Below, in pieces: positions 36,804 to 47,789 of a stretch of DNA of 64,000 nucleotides (the first letter of the stretch is position 1; the number at the start of each line of letters is the position of its first letter). Source of the stretch: Lytechinus pictus (Eukaryota); the NCBI RefSeq assembly GCF_037042905.1, contig NC_087245.1, forward strand, positions 21,266,001 to 21,330,000. The letters run 5' to 3'. The notes below the pieces were generated by a model. That model was not told where the DNA came from and ran no database searches. It saw nothing but the letters and a program-made list of their open reading frames with translations. A program made the position numbers and the translations under genes.

Positions 36804-39800
36804 TCACCTGTCAGTGCCCCGACAACAAAGACGGCTCCACGTCTTTCTTGGTACATTGCAGCAGGTTCTTACGATGGTCATCAGGTGTTGTACAGTGCTC
36901 TCTTTCCTATTGATGAAGACATAAACAAGCGGATCCAAAAGGGAATTCGCGTATGCCATCCACATGGTGACGGCAGCCCAGGAATGACTAGCGGGTGGGA
37001 AATGTGGGAAGTGTATGATGCAGTACGGTGCCCAACAGAATATCGTGGTGAGTATCAGCATGGCACCTGTATTGGGGAAAAAGCAGAGTGTGGAGAGTTT
37101 GTTCTTAGCCTCTACATGCATTTCCACTGCGAACATTAGTATATTCATTTTCATTAGAGAAATTGATTCTTACCCATTACACGACTAGCAATTCTTTTCG
37201 GGGTGAAGACCGGGGGCCGTTTCATAAAGCTGTTCGTAAGTTAAGAGCGACTTAAGACGACTAGTGAACCTTTCTTACGCGCTTAGCCATCGCCAATGAA
37301 TATACCATTTACCACAAGAAAGGATCACCAGTCGTTCTTAAAGTCGCTCTTTAATAACTTACGAACAGCTTTATGAAACACCCACCTGCTTGTCAAAGCA
37401 ATGTCAATATATATTATTTTTCTGAACAATCATTTGACAAACATCAAGCAAGCAACGCCTTAAATTCATTGCACTGTGTTCAAACGACTGTTTGATGCTT
37501 GGGTTTCTTTCCTTTCAGTCATGGAATCAAAATTAATATCTATAAAGGTCAATTGCAATTTTATCAAAATTGCAGGTAGGTCGATCAGCAAGCAAGGTGT
37601 CTGTCAGCTACTGCTTAATGGACTACTCTTGGCTATATCCCTGAAAAACAAAACGTTAAGAGCCCCATGCTGTGCTTTAAACATCTGAATTAATTTGTGA
37701 ATATTTACCTGTCAGTGCCACCCGTTTTTCTACGCTTAGTTTCCTTGCTGACATCTTATTTAGGATATTGTCATGATTCACACTTTGGTCCGAGTCCGCG
37801 TGCCTCCTCGTACGCTGATCATGCTCTTCTGTCTTCGATTCGGTTTGAGCTGAACCAGTCCCACGCTGACCATTGGCACTGCTGGATGCCTGGGTTCCTG
37901 AGTCACCTATCGGTAAGATCGGTAAGGACTGTGTCGGTGATAGACTGCACCTCTGTCCAGAAATTACATAGGGTCCTGGTCCCACAATCCTGGGTTCATA
38001 CTTGTCTACGATAACATCACGAAGATGGAGACTGTCGCCGTGAAATCCTCGGTTCACACGTGCTTCAGAGATACCGTCACTGTTGTGCTTCCCTAGGTTT
38101 GGATGCTCGGCGTTTACATTCGGCTGAAGCATTTGATTGTGATGTGTGGGGCATCCTGCATTCGGCCTAAGATTTGTTGAACCCTGCGGGCTTCCGCTGG
38201 ATCTGGACCCTGATAGTTGCTTGGATATTTTCCCGCTGGTTTTCATACCGTCGTAAACGCGGAGCTTCCGATCGCTCTTCCGGATGTGGTAGATGATGCA
38301 TGCGTAGCAGATGATCATCACGGGCACTGTTACACCGAAAATAACCGTGAACCAGATATAGAAGTAACTATGCACGTTCCAACTCGGAGAGCAATGGTGG
38401 GTATTCTCGGTGTACTCGAATGCAGAGAGGAACTCAAACGTCGGTGGCAAGGTGATTGTGACACTGACTACCCAAACGAAAGCAATCATGCAGTACACTC
38501 GATTTCGAGTTGGTGGAAAACGGGTCGACCAGACAATGGAGATGTAACGATCAACGGCGATGCACATGACGTTGGTGAAATTGCCAACGCTACACGTGAT
38601 GGCACAGAACCCATTGATCTGTATAGGAATTACGAAAAGTAGATAATGTCACGACTCAATAGAAATACTATAATGATCTACATAGACCACTTTACGGACG
38701 TTGTTGGATGATTCTTACTAAGATCTAGTAATCATCGTAATCAGGGTTGGGAGATCCCTTATCTTGAACTGTTATTAGTGATCCTTTGTCTTCAGTCAAA
38801 TTTACAGGCATTGCAAATTTCTGATTAAACGGACAAAACAAAATTTTGCCTATTAGTTAAATGACTTTTATACCAATCTATTTGGCTTGGAGTAGATGAG
38901 GAGTTGTTAAGGATCGGTGCTGACTCTATTAATATTTGATGTAAAAAATTGTGTGAGGTCAGATTTGAGTCGTAGGGAAATCGTTGTAGAGTCGGTTTAG
39001 ATTCAGTAAGGATTCGATGTATGAAAAAAAAAATATTGGTAACCATTTTCATGTTTTTGGAGTTAGTTTTAGTCATTGTATAATGGGTATAGCGTATGAT
39101 AAACAGTATTAAGAGGATATGTGTGGTCTGGACTCGATATGACGCTAATAATGTTTTTATGTTGCAGTGGGATCATTGTTGAATAACATTTTGTCGACGT
39201 AGCATAATAAAAACAAAGTTCAGGTTCTTGCATTATCCACCCTCGTATTGATATTGTCACACTGATATATTTTCTTCGCTGATGGTATTGAAACGTTGAG
39301 TGCTGGTTGTCAACATCCTGTTCATAATACTATTCAAACCAATTCCTGAAGTATGGGAATAACGGACAGAATAAATGCGCAGTAAATGCCTTTAGATATT
39401 TAAACTTTTATATCAAAGCGCAAAATATTCACTTAACCAAATGGCCAACTCGAAAAATGAGTTTAGTTGAAGAGTTCATTTCATTTATCGTAGAATCTAA
39501 AACCTCACCTTTTTACATTTAAATAAAAATACATGACATTGTTTGACAGTGTGAGTGTGGGATGGAATACTTAATACCAATCGTATTAAACTATTACCAT
39601 AAAACACTCCTAAAAATCCGAAAAGCGGTCGATCCTTACATGCTGATTTTGGTACTAATATCAAAGCACCTTTTTAGTTATACATACAATTTATTCTTCA
39701 TTCACATCATATCGCTCAAAGGAGATTCCGCGAGCTTGTTTACATACCATGTGTTGGAATGCTCCCCAGGGAGTGGAGAAGGTGCATACATTGTATGCAG

Positions 39801-41959
39801 GCATGCAATGATCCGATGACCGGGGTAATAATATGTCTGTAAAAGCGCTTAGAGACGTCGTTCCGATGTATTAAGCGCTATATAAATGCGTAATATTATT
39901 ATTATTATTATTATTACCATAATCTCATTATGTGTATAATAAATGTTAATGAAATTTAAAAACTTCTCATAGACAAAGCTTTTGACCAGCAAATTAAAGA
40001 TATCTTCGATAGATTACCGGTCAAGGAACTAAGTGTAGGTTACAATGTATCAGTGTAGTCCATAGTTAATTAAATTAGATATTAACCCATTAATCAATTT
40101 AGAAGGACTCTGTTCCGGTTTTCACAATAAGACAAATACAGTCAGAAGTGAAAGAAAAGATTAAATTCTTTAATTAAGTCTTCTGCAGAAAACAACGAGA
40201 GTCTTATTTCCCTCTACGGTTTTCCGGTACGAAACACATTGTTTCAGGGTGTTTATTTTATATAAAGAAGGCCTATTCATTATGGACGTTTATGCCAGCT
40301 GTATTGATATTGATAAATAAGTTGATAATCGTATTGACGCTGTCCGTGTCAATACAATTACTAATAGACTCAAATGAAAATACGAGTTTCAGTTTCAGTT
40401 TAGTTTATTTCACTTCCATTTTCTGATAATAAACATAACAAACATATATACATATGTATGAATGTACATGACAGAATAAGTGTCATAAGAATACTTCAAT
40501 AATTAATTAAGAAATTCGTAGGAAATAGTCGGAGTATATATAATTCTTTTTGTTCCAAACACATTTTGATAATTAGACAAATTATAGATTACAGTTAGCA
40601 TGTGAAAATGAAAATGAGGGACTTATTAAAAAGCAAAGCTTGTAATGGTAAGTCCGTTGGGGTAAATTTATAGTAATCTTCAATCGTATGTAATTGACCC
40701 CTTCTACACTTTTTCCCAAAAATGCATTCTTTCTCAATACATTCTTATGCACCATCACTTTATTGTATATATATTACATCATTTACGCAAACGAGAGTTT
40801 TTTTTTCCCCATTAGCCATTCCCCATTTAAGAAATGAAGACATTCTTTAAAAAAAATCTCAAATTCACTATTTGAGAGATTTGAGAAATCGGCAACATAA
40901 ATCAATAATAGTTCAATGCAAACTCTTTTTTGTTTTTAAAATTGGAAACCCATTTCCTCAGTTATATGTGCATCTAGTGAGTTCTTCAAAAATCACATAC
41001 CCACACAATAGCACACCCAAAGAGCATACCCATATAACAATGCACATCCCACACCCACAAATATATACATCAGACCATTGCATCAGACACCCATACACGA
41101 ATACACAAGCACAAGACAACGCTTGTTTAGGAAACTATTTTTAAAGGCAAAGAACCAAAGTCCTAAATGTCTGTAATTGAATTTTTTAAAAGGAAACAAG
41201 TTACCAAAGAAGGGAGGGGGATTCTCAGTGGCAACTAAGGGCTAACAACTAGACTCACGATTCACGATTCTTTTTATTAATTTTCAAATTTTCGATATCT
41301 ATACTTCATTTTTTTAATTATGTAATTCCATTATGAATGTCTGTAAAGTTTACCAGTTCTTTACTCTGATCAATATTGTGATATTTTGAGATTCTTTAAT
41401 GCGATTCTTATCCAATCTGACATAGCTGTTACACTTACTTTTGAAGATTATGTTACCAGTTTCAAAAAACCTGTTATGATAACAAATTTGCAATAACAGT
41501 TAAAAGCTACTGAAATCATCCAATCTGATTGGGTAAAAGACAATTTTTTATAGAGGTTGTGCATTTTTTAATCATAATAAGCCTTTATGAAACACGACCC
41601 TTATCTTTTATTTAACCTGAATTGAATGAAATGAAACCTACCGTGCAGATAGTCGCGTTATTCCTCAAAAGGTACCCATCATCGAAAATGGCTGCTACGG
41701 AGAACGTCATGCTGAAGAGAGTGATTCCAAGATCAATGACGTTGAGGTTGGCGATCAGGAGGTTGTGATGGTTCTTCCTCAGCTTCTTCGACGTCAAGAT
41801 CTGCGTCATGGCCAAGATGTTTGTGAAGAACGATGCGATCATGATGATGACGAGGGTAACAGCTTCCGATATCGCTTGGGGACTGTTCGTTTCGTGTAAC
41901 GGCGGTGACTCAGGGGTGGCATTTGTCACGTTCAGGGTCTCAAATTTGAGACTATCCAT
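36804..41959 (-). CDS. Orphan class A (rhodopsin-like) GPCR, copy B (3 coding exons, ~496 aa)
   Basis: Exons 41959-41642, 38618-37709, 37066-36804, GT-AG; same intron positions and phases as copy A. Motifs NLNVID, CTINGF...IAVDRY, HHCSP, CWAPY, NSLLDPLVY; N-glycosylation sequons NVT/NAT in the N-terminus. Confidence 0.92.
37212..37386. mobile_element. Palindromic MITE (PIF/Harbinger-like)
   Basis: Long inverted arms GTTTCATAAAGCTGTTCGTAAGTTA... / ...TAACTTACGAACAGCTTTATGAAAC; related pieces near 24985, 41580 and 58480. Confidence 0.75.
39750..39915 (+). mobile_element. 3' part of a SINE/L2-type retroposon
   Basis: AAAGCGCTTAGAGAC...TTAAGCGCTATATAAATGC followed by an (ATT)n tail. Confidence 0.6.
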
Positions 41960-42905
41960 TGCTGCAAACTCTTCTGATATAGCACTTATATTTATGGGAT
42001 GAATCGTAACTTAACAATTACTTGTTTAAACATTCTTTCTTGTTATACCGATATAGATAGCTCATAATCCGCAAAATCAAACTATGGTTTATTTCCAACT
42101 GAAAGGCGTAGACAGGCCACTGGGGTATATTCTCTCAGATTCGGGATCACACGTTTTCCTCATTTTGCTGTTAGTCTGTTAATGTCCACGATCCTGATCA
42201 CATGCTTGATGTATAGGTATATTCATTGATCCTTTATCCTCGAGCAGAGACCCAATTTACAAATGCTAGCTGTTAAATTACCACGTCTTTGTATGGGTTT
42301 CTAAGGAAATGTAATATTTTAAGAGTCACACCATGGAGGCGGACAAATAGATACCGTATTTTCGATCGTATATGTGACAATGAATCGAGTATCAAGATGT
42401 GAGATCAAAATGGATTGCAAATAAAAATGTCATAAGCCGCTACCAGCGTATTGCGTTTCTAGTAAACCGTGATACTGAATTTCATCGTTATTGTGTTTAT
42501 TACTGGCGTCCATTTCATGACTACGAGTAATTATTTCAAAATCCTGTTTGCACAATCACTTGTGTGGAGACATCGGTTCTTGTCGTGACTAAAATGTCAA
42601 CTGTCCTTCAAAGAGCTACACCCAACGTCGATTTTAATCTGTACGAGCAACGAAAAGATGAATTAAGTTACATTTGTTTTCTGTAAGCATTTCCAAAGAT
42701 TATTATTTAATCCCATAAATTTTCAGGACAAATAAACCTTAAGAAACGAAACATTAATCGGTTAACGAGTAAATAGGCAAAGAACATTTGCACTGTAATA
42801 TATATATTATATTGTGAAAGAAATGAATGGAAAATGGTAGGCGTAGCTTAAATCAAGGTTCCACAGAGCTATCTGTCCTTTGGAAATATTGGTGATGCCA
42901 AAAAA

Positions 42906-42977
42906 TGCCTCTGCCGGGATTCGAACCCAGGCCCCCAGCTTTGAACGCCGGTGCCTTAACCACTAGACCGCAGAAAC
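42906..42977 (-). tRNA. tRNA-like gene or pseudogene, anticodon UCA, repeat-borne
   Basis: 72-nt cloverleaf GTTTCTG-CG-GTCT-AGTGGTTA-AGGC-A-CCGGC-GTTCAAA-GCTGG-GGGC-CTGGG-TTCGAAT-CCCGG-CAGAGGC-A, immediately followed by T6. All four stems pair (with G-U). C8 and G32 are non-canonical. Confidence 0.6.
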
Positions 42978-43058
42978 GGGTTATGGCTAGGGCGACCCCG
43001 ATCCGATTGACCGTCAGACAAACAGATTTTCGACACCACCAATTAAATTTCCTTTGTC

Positions 43059-43195
43059 NNNNNNNNNNNNNNNNNNNNNNNNNNNNNNNNNNNNNNNNNN
43101 NNNNNNNNNNNNNNNNNNNNNNNNNNNNNNNNNNNNNNNNNNNNNNNNNNNNNNNNNNNNNNNNNNNNNNNNNNNNNNNNNNNNNNNNNNNNNNN
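43059..43195. other. Assembly gap (137 N)
   Basis: Run of N. Confidence 0.99.
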
Positions 43196-43368
43196 CGAAC
43201 CGCAGCACGCCACAAGAAAGTCATCACTTGGACAACAGACCGCCTGAAGATCGCTATACGCGTGAAACCCAGGGTAGCGGATCCAAGGTACGCTCAACAT
43301 GATACTTGCTCTACCCCACGGTATTGAGCACTTTCCAATACTCCAATGAACTGAATTTATCCTTAATT

Positions 43369-43422
<54 letters not shown>

Positions 43423-43449
43423 CATAAATAGTCTGCTTTGGCATATAAG

Positions 43450-43780
43450 GAATAAAAATAATCACAATTGGTTTAGTAAATGCCGTAGATATAAAATCGA
43501 AGATTAAAAAAAAGGAGAATAGCTCTCAAAAATGAAAGGTAAAGTCACACTCTTCGTCAGTGCCCATCATGTGGCAAAAAAAGATAATTAAAAATCCGTT
43601 TCTGAAACAGTCGTGAAAAACATATTTGTTCATGGGCATACGGATTGTGAAACTCACCTTTCAAAGAAACGGATTTTGAATTCTCTGTCTTGCCTTTCAA
43701 TTTTTGAGAGCTATGCTCCTTTTAAAATCTACGATTTTATTTCTACGGCATTTACTAAACCAATTGTGATTATTTATTCC
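43450..43780. mobile_element. MITE with ~90-bp TIRs
   Basis: 43450-43540 (ATCACAATTGGTTTAGTAAATGCCGTAGA...GCTCTCAAAAATGAAAGG) is inverted at 43690-43780. Confidence 0.75.
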
Positions 43781-44739
43781 TTATTATGCCGAAGCAGGCT
43801 ATTTTTATTTTTACTCAGGTACTTTTACTGCTAAACCTGGACTGTTGGCGGTGAGGCCCTTTTCAAATTTTCCTATTTTAGAGCCGGAGATTCGCTATTG
43901 TCATCTTGCAGTCATGGCAACGCGTCTTTAGATGCGCCTTTTACAGTGCACTTCCTCCATCAATCGTCTAAAAAATGTATTATGATGCAACAGAAAAGAG
44001 CGGTATGATGAAAAGTCGTTGCCAATCAAATCATATAAAAATTAAACTTTAGAGAGGAGATCTAAGCCTTGGTTTAATGATAACTGTTATAATTCGGTAT
44101 GAAAAAACTTCAAAAGAAAAACAAAGTTTCAACCTAACTGAAAATCTTGAAGAAAAGAAACGCATGTATGGCAGTGAGTCCAAACTTCGCGTGTGTTCAT
44201 ACTTTGCGGACGGCCATTATCTAAAAAACTAGTCAATGTCCTTAAAATCTGACATTATCAACGTAAAAAGCGACCTAAAATTACCCTTTGGCGTAAGTTT
44301 TTTTAGGATGAGTTCAGTATTCATGAAAATATTGGCAAAAGATCGGCAAAATTGTCACCGCTAGCGCCAGTTCCGAAGAAATCTGAATTTCTCATCAAGC
44401 ATCTTGATATCATCATTTTGCAAGCAGATATCAAAAAATTGTGAGTTAAATGTGGTACTAACCGATTCTATAGCTTTTTGCCGTCAATCTGATATAAACC
44501 TTACACCTTTTGAGCTTGAGTTTTTATTCAAACCTCCACAAAACTTTGGTCCGCGAAGTTAGGTCACACTTTTTCAGAACGGATTTCCAGCACAGCGAGC
44601 ATTCGTCAATAATTTTATAGTTTACGATCTTGCCGTCAATTTGAAAGCTATTATTTGAATTGGTTTTTGAATGAAATGTAAATATTTTTGAATGAATTTT
44701 AGCCTTATTGATATTTTTTAAATGTCCGCGAATTTGGAC

Positions 44740-47160
44740 CCCCCATCATATAAGAAAGCGAAAACAATTCCAAATCAGAATTTTATCATAATCTGTACCA
44801 AGAATTAAGAGGTTTGAAAAATAAACAACCACGTGAATATTGGAAACTTATCAATGCATGACCCTATTCACAGCTGTTTTAAATCATTGCCTGAACTCAT
44901 ATCTAGAAGACTGAAAAGATTGGAAATGAACAAGCTGGGTTTAGGAATAATCATTCAACTCTCGATCATATTTTTACTTTACATTCGTTACTTGAATTAT
45001 ATCTGGCATAGAAAGGGTATACTGTGCGTTCATCGATTACCGTAAGGCATTTGATATTGTTGATAGGAAATCACTTTGGAACAAATTACTTTTAAGTGAT
45101 ATAAATGGAAACTTTTTCAAAGTGGTCAATAATATGTACACACGGGCTAAATCGTGTGTCATCAAAGATGTTTTTAAAAAATCAAGCCTATTTGACTGTA
45201 ATATAGGAGTGCGTCAAGGAGAAAAATTATCACCTTTACTATTTGCTATGTTCATAAACAATTTTAAAGAATTTATCAGTGAACGATATGATGGTCTTGA
45301 TGTTTTACCCGACTGGGCGTTGTGGCGTGCGCCTGTAATCCAAGCTGTGTGGGGGAAGTTACAAATTGATGCAGAGGTTCGGGGTTCGAGCCCTGGTCAC
45401 GTCTTTCGGATGGTGACGTTAAAAGTCGGTCCCAGACGTAAATAATCATATCTGATTGATACACGTCTGACAAAACTCAAATACACACACCCGAGAAGCT
45501 CGAGTCATTATTACAAGATCATGGAATTGATGTGTATACATGAACTTGTTTACATTACTTATGCAGAAGAGACCATTGTCCTTGTCAAATCTGAACAAGA
45601 AATTCAATGTGCCCTCAATGCAGTATCAGATTTTTGTGAAAAATTATATTTATGAATAAAGACAAGACAAAAATTGTTATATTCTCCCGTGGCAATGTGA
45701 AAAAACTTATTTTTTACATCTAATAACCAGGCTCTTGAAGTAGTAGATGACTATGTATATCTTGGAATTATCTTCAATTATAATGATTTATTTCGAAAAG
45801 CTCAAACTAAACAACTGAATTAAGCAAGAAGAGCAATGCAAAGCATGTTGAATAAGATTAGTGATCTTGATTTACTAGTGGATATACAAATTTAATTATT
45901 TGATCAACTTGTTTTACCAATACTCCTTTATGGGTAAAAAATAAGGGGTGTTGAATTGATTAGAGATCGAGAAGTATTTCACATGAAATTTTGCAAGCAG
46001 ATCCTTTAAGTTGATTAATCAGCGACAAACTGCATGGTTTTAGGCGAACTTGGAAGATTCAAATAAGATTCAAAAGATTCAAACAATAGTAAAACAAAAA
46101 TGTCTGGTAAGAGTAACGAGATTGTAAAGATACTTTTTTTTATCAAGGTATATATCAGACAAGTTGGTTAACGAAGATAAAGCAAACTCTTGATAGATTG
46201 GGTATGACAAGTTTATATGACATGTCTGATTCCTCGAGCAGATTTTGGTAAAACAAGATGTAGATTCCATAAAGGATTCACACTTGCAAAGTTAGTTTTC
46301 GTTTATATACGAAAACTCTCAGTGTGTAAACTACAAAACATTTAAAGAAAATCTTCGTCCAGAAAGTTACCTCATTAATCTGAATAAGAAAGATAGAATT
46401 AGATTCCGTTGTGGAAATCATCGACTTCCTATTGTCTCAGAAAGATATGAAAACAGTCGAAGAAACATGAGGCTTTGTACATTAAGCAAATTTCATTCAA
46501 TTGGGGATGAATTTCACTATCTATTCATTTGTCCTTCTTTTGCTGAAAAACGAAAGTTTCATTTAAAAAAATATTACTCTGAAAGACCGAATACACTCAA
46601 AATGAATGAGCTAGAAATCCGTTTCAACCTTGTAAAATTTTAAAAGAAAATTATTTTTCGTTTCTAAATAAGTTATGCTCGAAATTCAATATTTTGAGCT
46701 TTAAATTGAAATGAAATAGTAGTATCACAGCCAATGATATGCTGATGCCATTACTTGCCTTCTGTTAGACATATGTATATGCTAATTATAATTTTAAAAA
46801 GCTGGATTTTTTAAAGCTTCAGTGCATTAATCCATTATTTCAAGTGTTGTTATCAAATTTGCTACTCTCAAAATAAAATATTTTGAGAATTTTAACTGGT
46901 ATAATAGCCAACGATATAAGGATGTCTTTACTTGCATTTCTCTTTTTTTGATATGTAAATCTTGATTAATTTTTGAAGCTTCCGGGTAGTATTTCAACCG
47001 TAATTATCAAATTATTTTCGATGATAAAATTTATGTTTTTTTTTTTTTTTTGGTTGAACTTTTTAGAAAGTGTACTCTAAATGATTTTGTACACTTGTAT
47101 GATTGTTTTCTCCAATACTCACTGCATGGGTGACATGGAATAAATGTCATTTTTATTGTC
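44740..47160 (+). mobile_element. Decayed 5'-truncated non-LTR retrotransposon (RTEX-like LINE)
   Basis: Frameshifted RT motifs QAGFRNNHSTLDHIF, FIDYRKAFD, GVRQGEKLSPLLF, LLYAEET (YADD site), YVYLGI, GELGRF, FRCGNHRLPI and C-terminal GDEFHYLFICP; AATAAA and a short-repeat tail near 47140. Confidence 0.85.
45313..45488 (+). mobile_element. Chimeric SINE: 7SL-like head, tRNA-like B box, Deu/Nin-like core, (CA)n tail
   Basis: Head CTGGGCGTTGTGGCGTGCGCCTGTAATCCAAGCT resembles the 7SL 5' end; B box GTTCGAGCC at 45384; core GTCTTTCGGATGGTGACGTTAAA; TSD ACCCGA at 45307-45312 and 45489-45494; interrupts the LINE RT. Confidence 0.85.
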
Positions 47161-47169
47161 ATATCAGTG

Positions 47170-47380
47170 CATTGATTTCTTTTAAATGTGAGTTTTTAAT
47201 CCGTATGCCCATAAACAGACGTGTTTTTCACCACTGTTTCAGAAATAAATTTTGAATTCTCTTTTTTTTTGTCACATCATGGGCACTGACAAAGAGTGTG
47301 ACTTTACCTTTAATTTTGGAGAGCTATACTCCTTTAAAATCTACAATATTATTTTTTTACGGCATAACAATTGTGATTAC
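47170..47380 (-). mobile_element. Partial inverted copy of the 43450 MITE family
   Basis: Reverse complement of about 43460-43670. Confidence 0.65.
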
Positions 47381-47390
47381 ATACCTTGGA

Positions 47391-47485
47391 GGTAGCGCAT
47401 CCAAGGTACGTTCAACATTCTACTTGGACTATATACCCCACGGTATCGAGCACTTTTCCACTATCCAATGAACTGAATTGTTCAT
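47391..47485 (-). mobile_element. End fragment of the (TA)n-associated tRNA-carrying repeat
   Basis: GGTAGCGCATCCAAGGTACG...CCAATGAACTGAATT matches 43273-43360; followed by (TA)n. Confidence 0.7.
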
Positions 47486-47499
47486 ATAGAAATGAATAA

Positions 47500-47568
<69 letters not shown>

Positions 47569-47573
<5 letters not shown>

Positions 47574-47789
47574 TCGCTAGAAATTAATGAACCCCACCAC
47601 AAAATTTACTCCTAGTGTTAAACGTAGACAACAACACTACTATGTCCGGCGAGCCCAGAGAAACAAACTACATGAAATGTAATATCTAATTACCTGACTT
47701 CACAATCAAATGTTTGAAATATGTCAGAATTTGAACACTTTTAACTATGTCCATTTTCTGGTGGGGTTCACTAACTTTTAGCACCAATG
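47569..47789. mobile_element. Tc1/mariner-type MITE
   Basis: About 30-bp imperfect TIRs (..GCTAGAAATTAATGAACCCCACCA / TGGTGGGGTTCACTAACTTTTAGC..) with TA flanks. Confidence 0.7.

Larger units (their letters stand above)
42813..43371 (-). mobile_element. (TA)n-flanked repeat with internal tRNA gene and TG...CA ends (interrupted by N gap)
   Basis: Flanked by TA repeats on both sides; one end recurs at 31040-31141 and the other at 47391-47485. Confidence 0.7.

Noticed and set aside
27149-38642. Plus-strand ORFs 27149-27535, 27772-27984, 36885-37139, 37697-38014, 38217-38642
   Set aside because: They are antisense shadows of the GPCR exons with no independent protein features.
25511-41959. Opsin or biogenic-amine receptor assignment for the two GPCRs
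   Set aside because: No TM7 Schiff-base Lys and no Asp at 3.32, so no gene symbol was assigned.
42906-42977. Selenocysteine tRNA gene
   Set aside because: The anticodon is UCA, but there is no long variable arm or extended acceptor stem, and it lies inside a dispersed repeat.
1614-43465. ORFs spanning the N runs, and low-complexity ORFs (poly-IY, poly-I, poly-E)
   Set aside because: Artefacts of gaps and microsatellites.
45313-45360. Genuine 7SL RNA gene or human Alu contamination
   Set aside because: Similarity stops after about 45 nt, with no S domain and no Alu dimer or poly-A. It is embedded with a TSD in a local LINE and has a second local copy of its 3' part.
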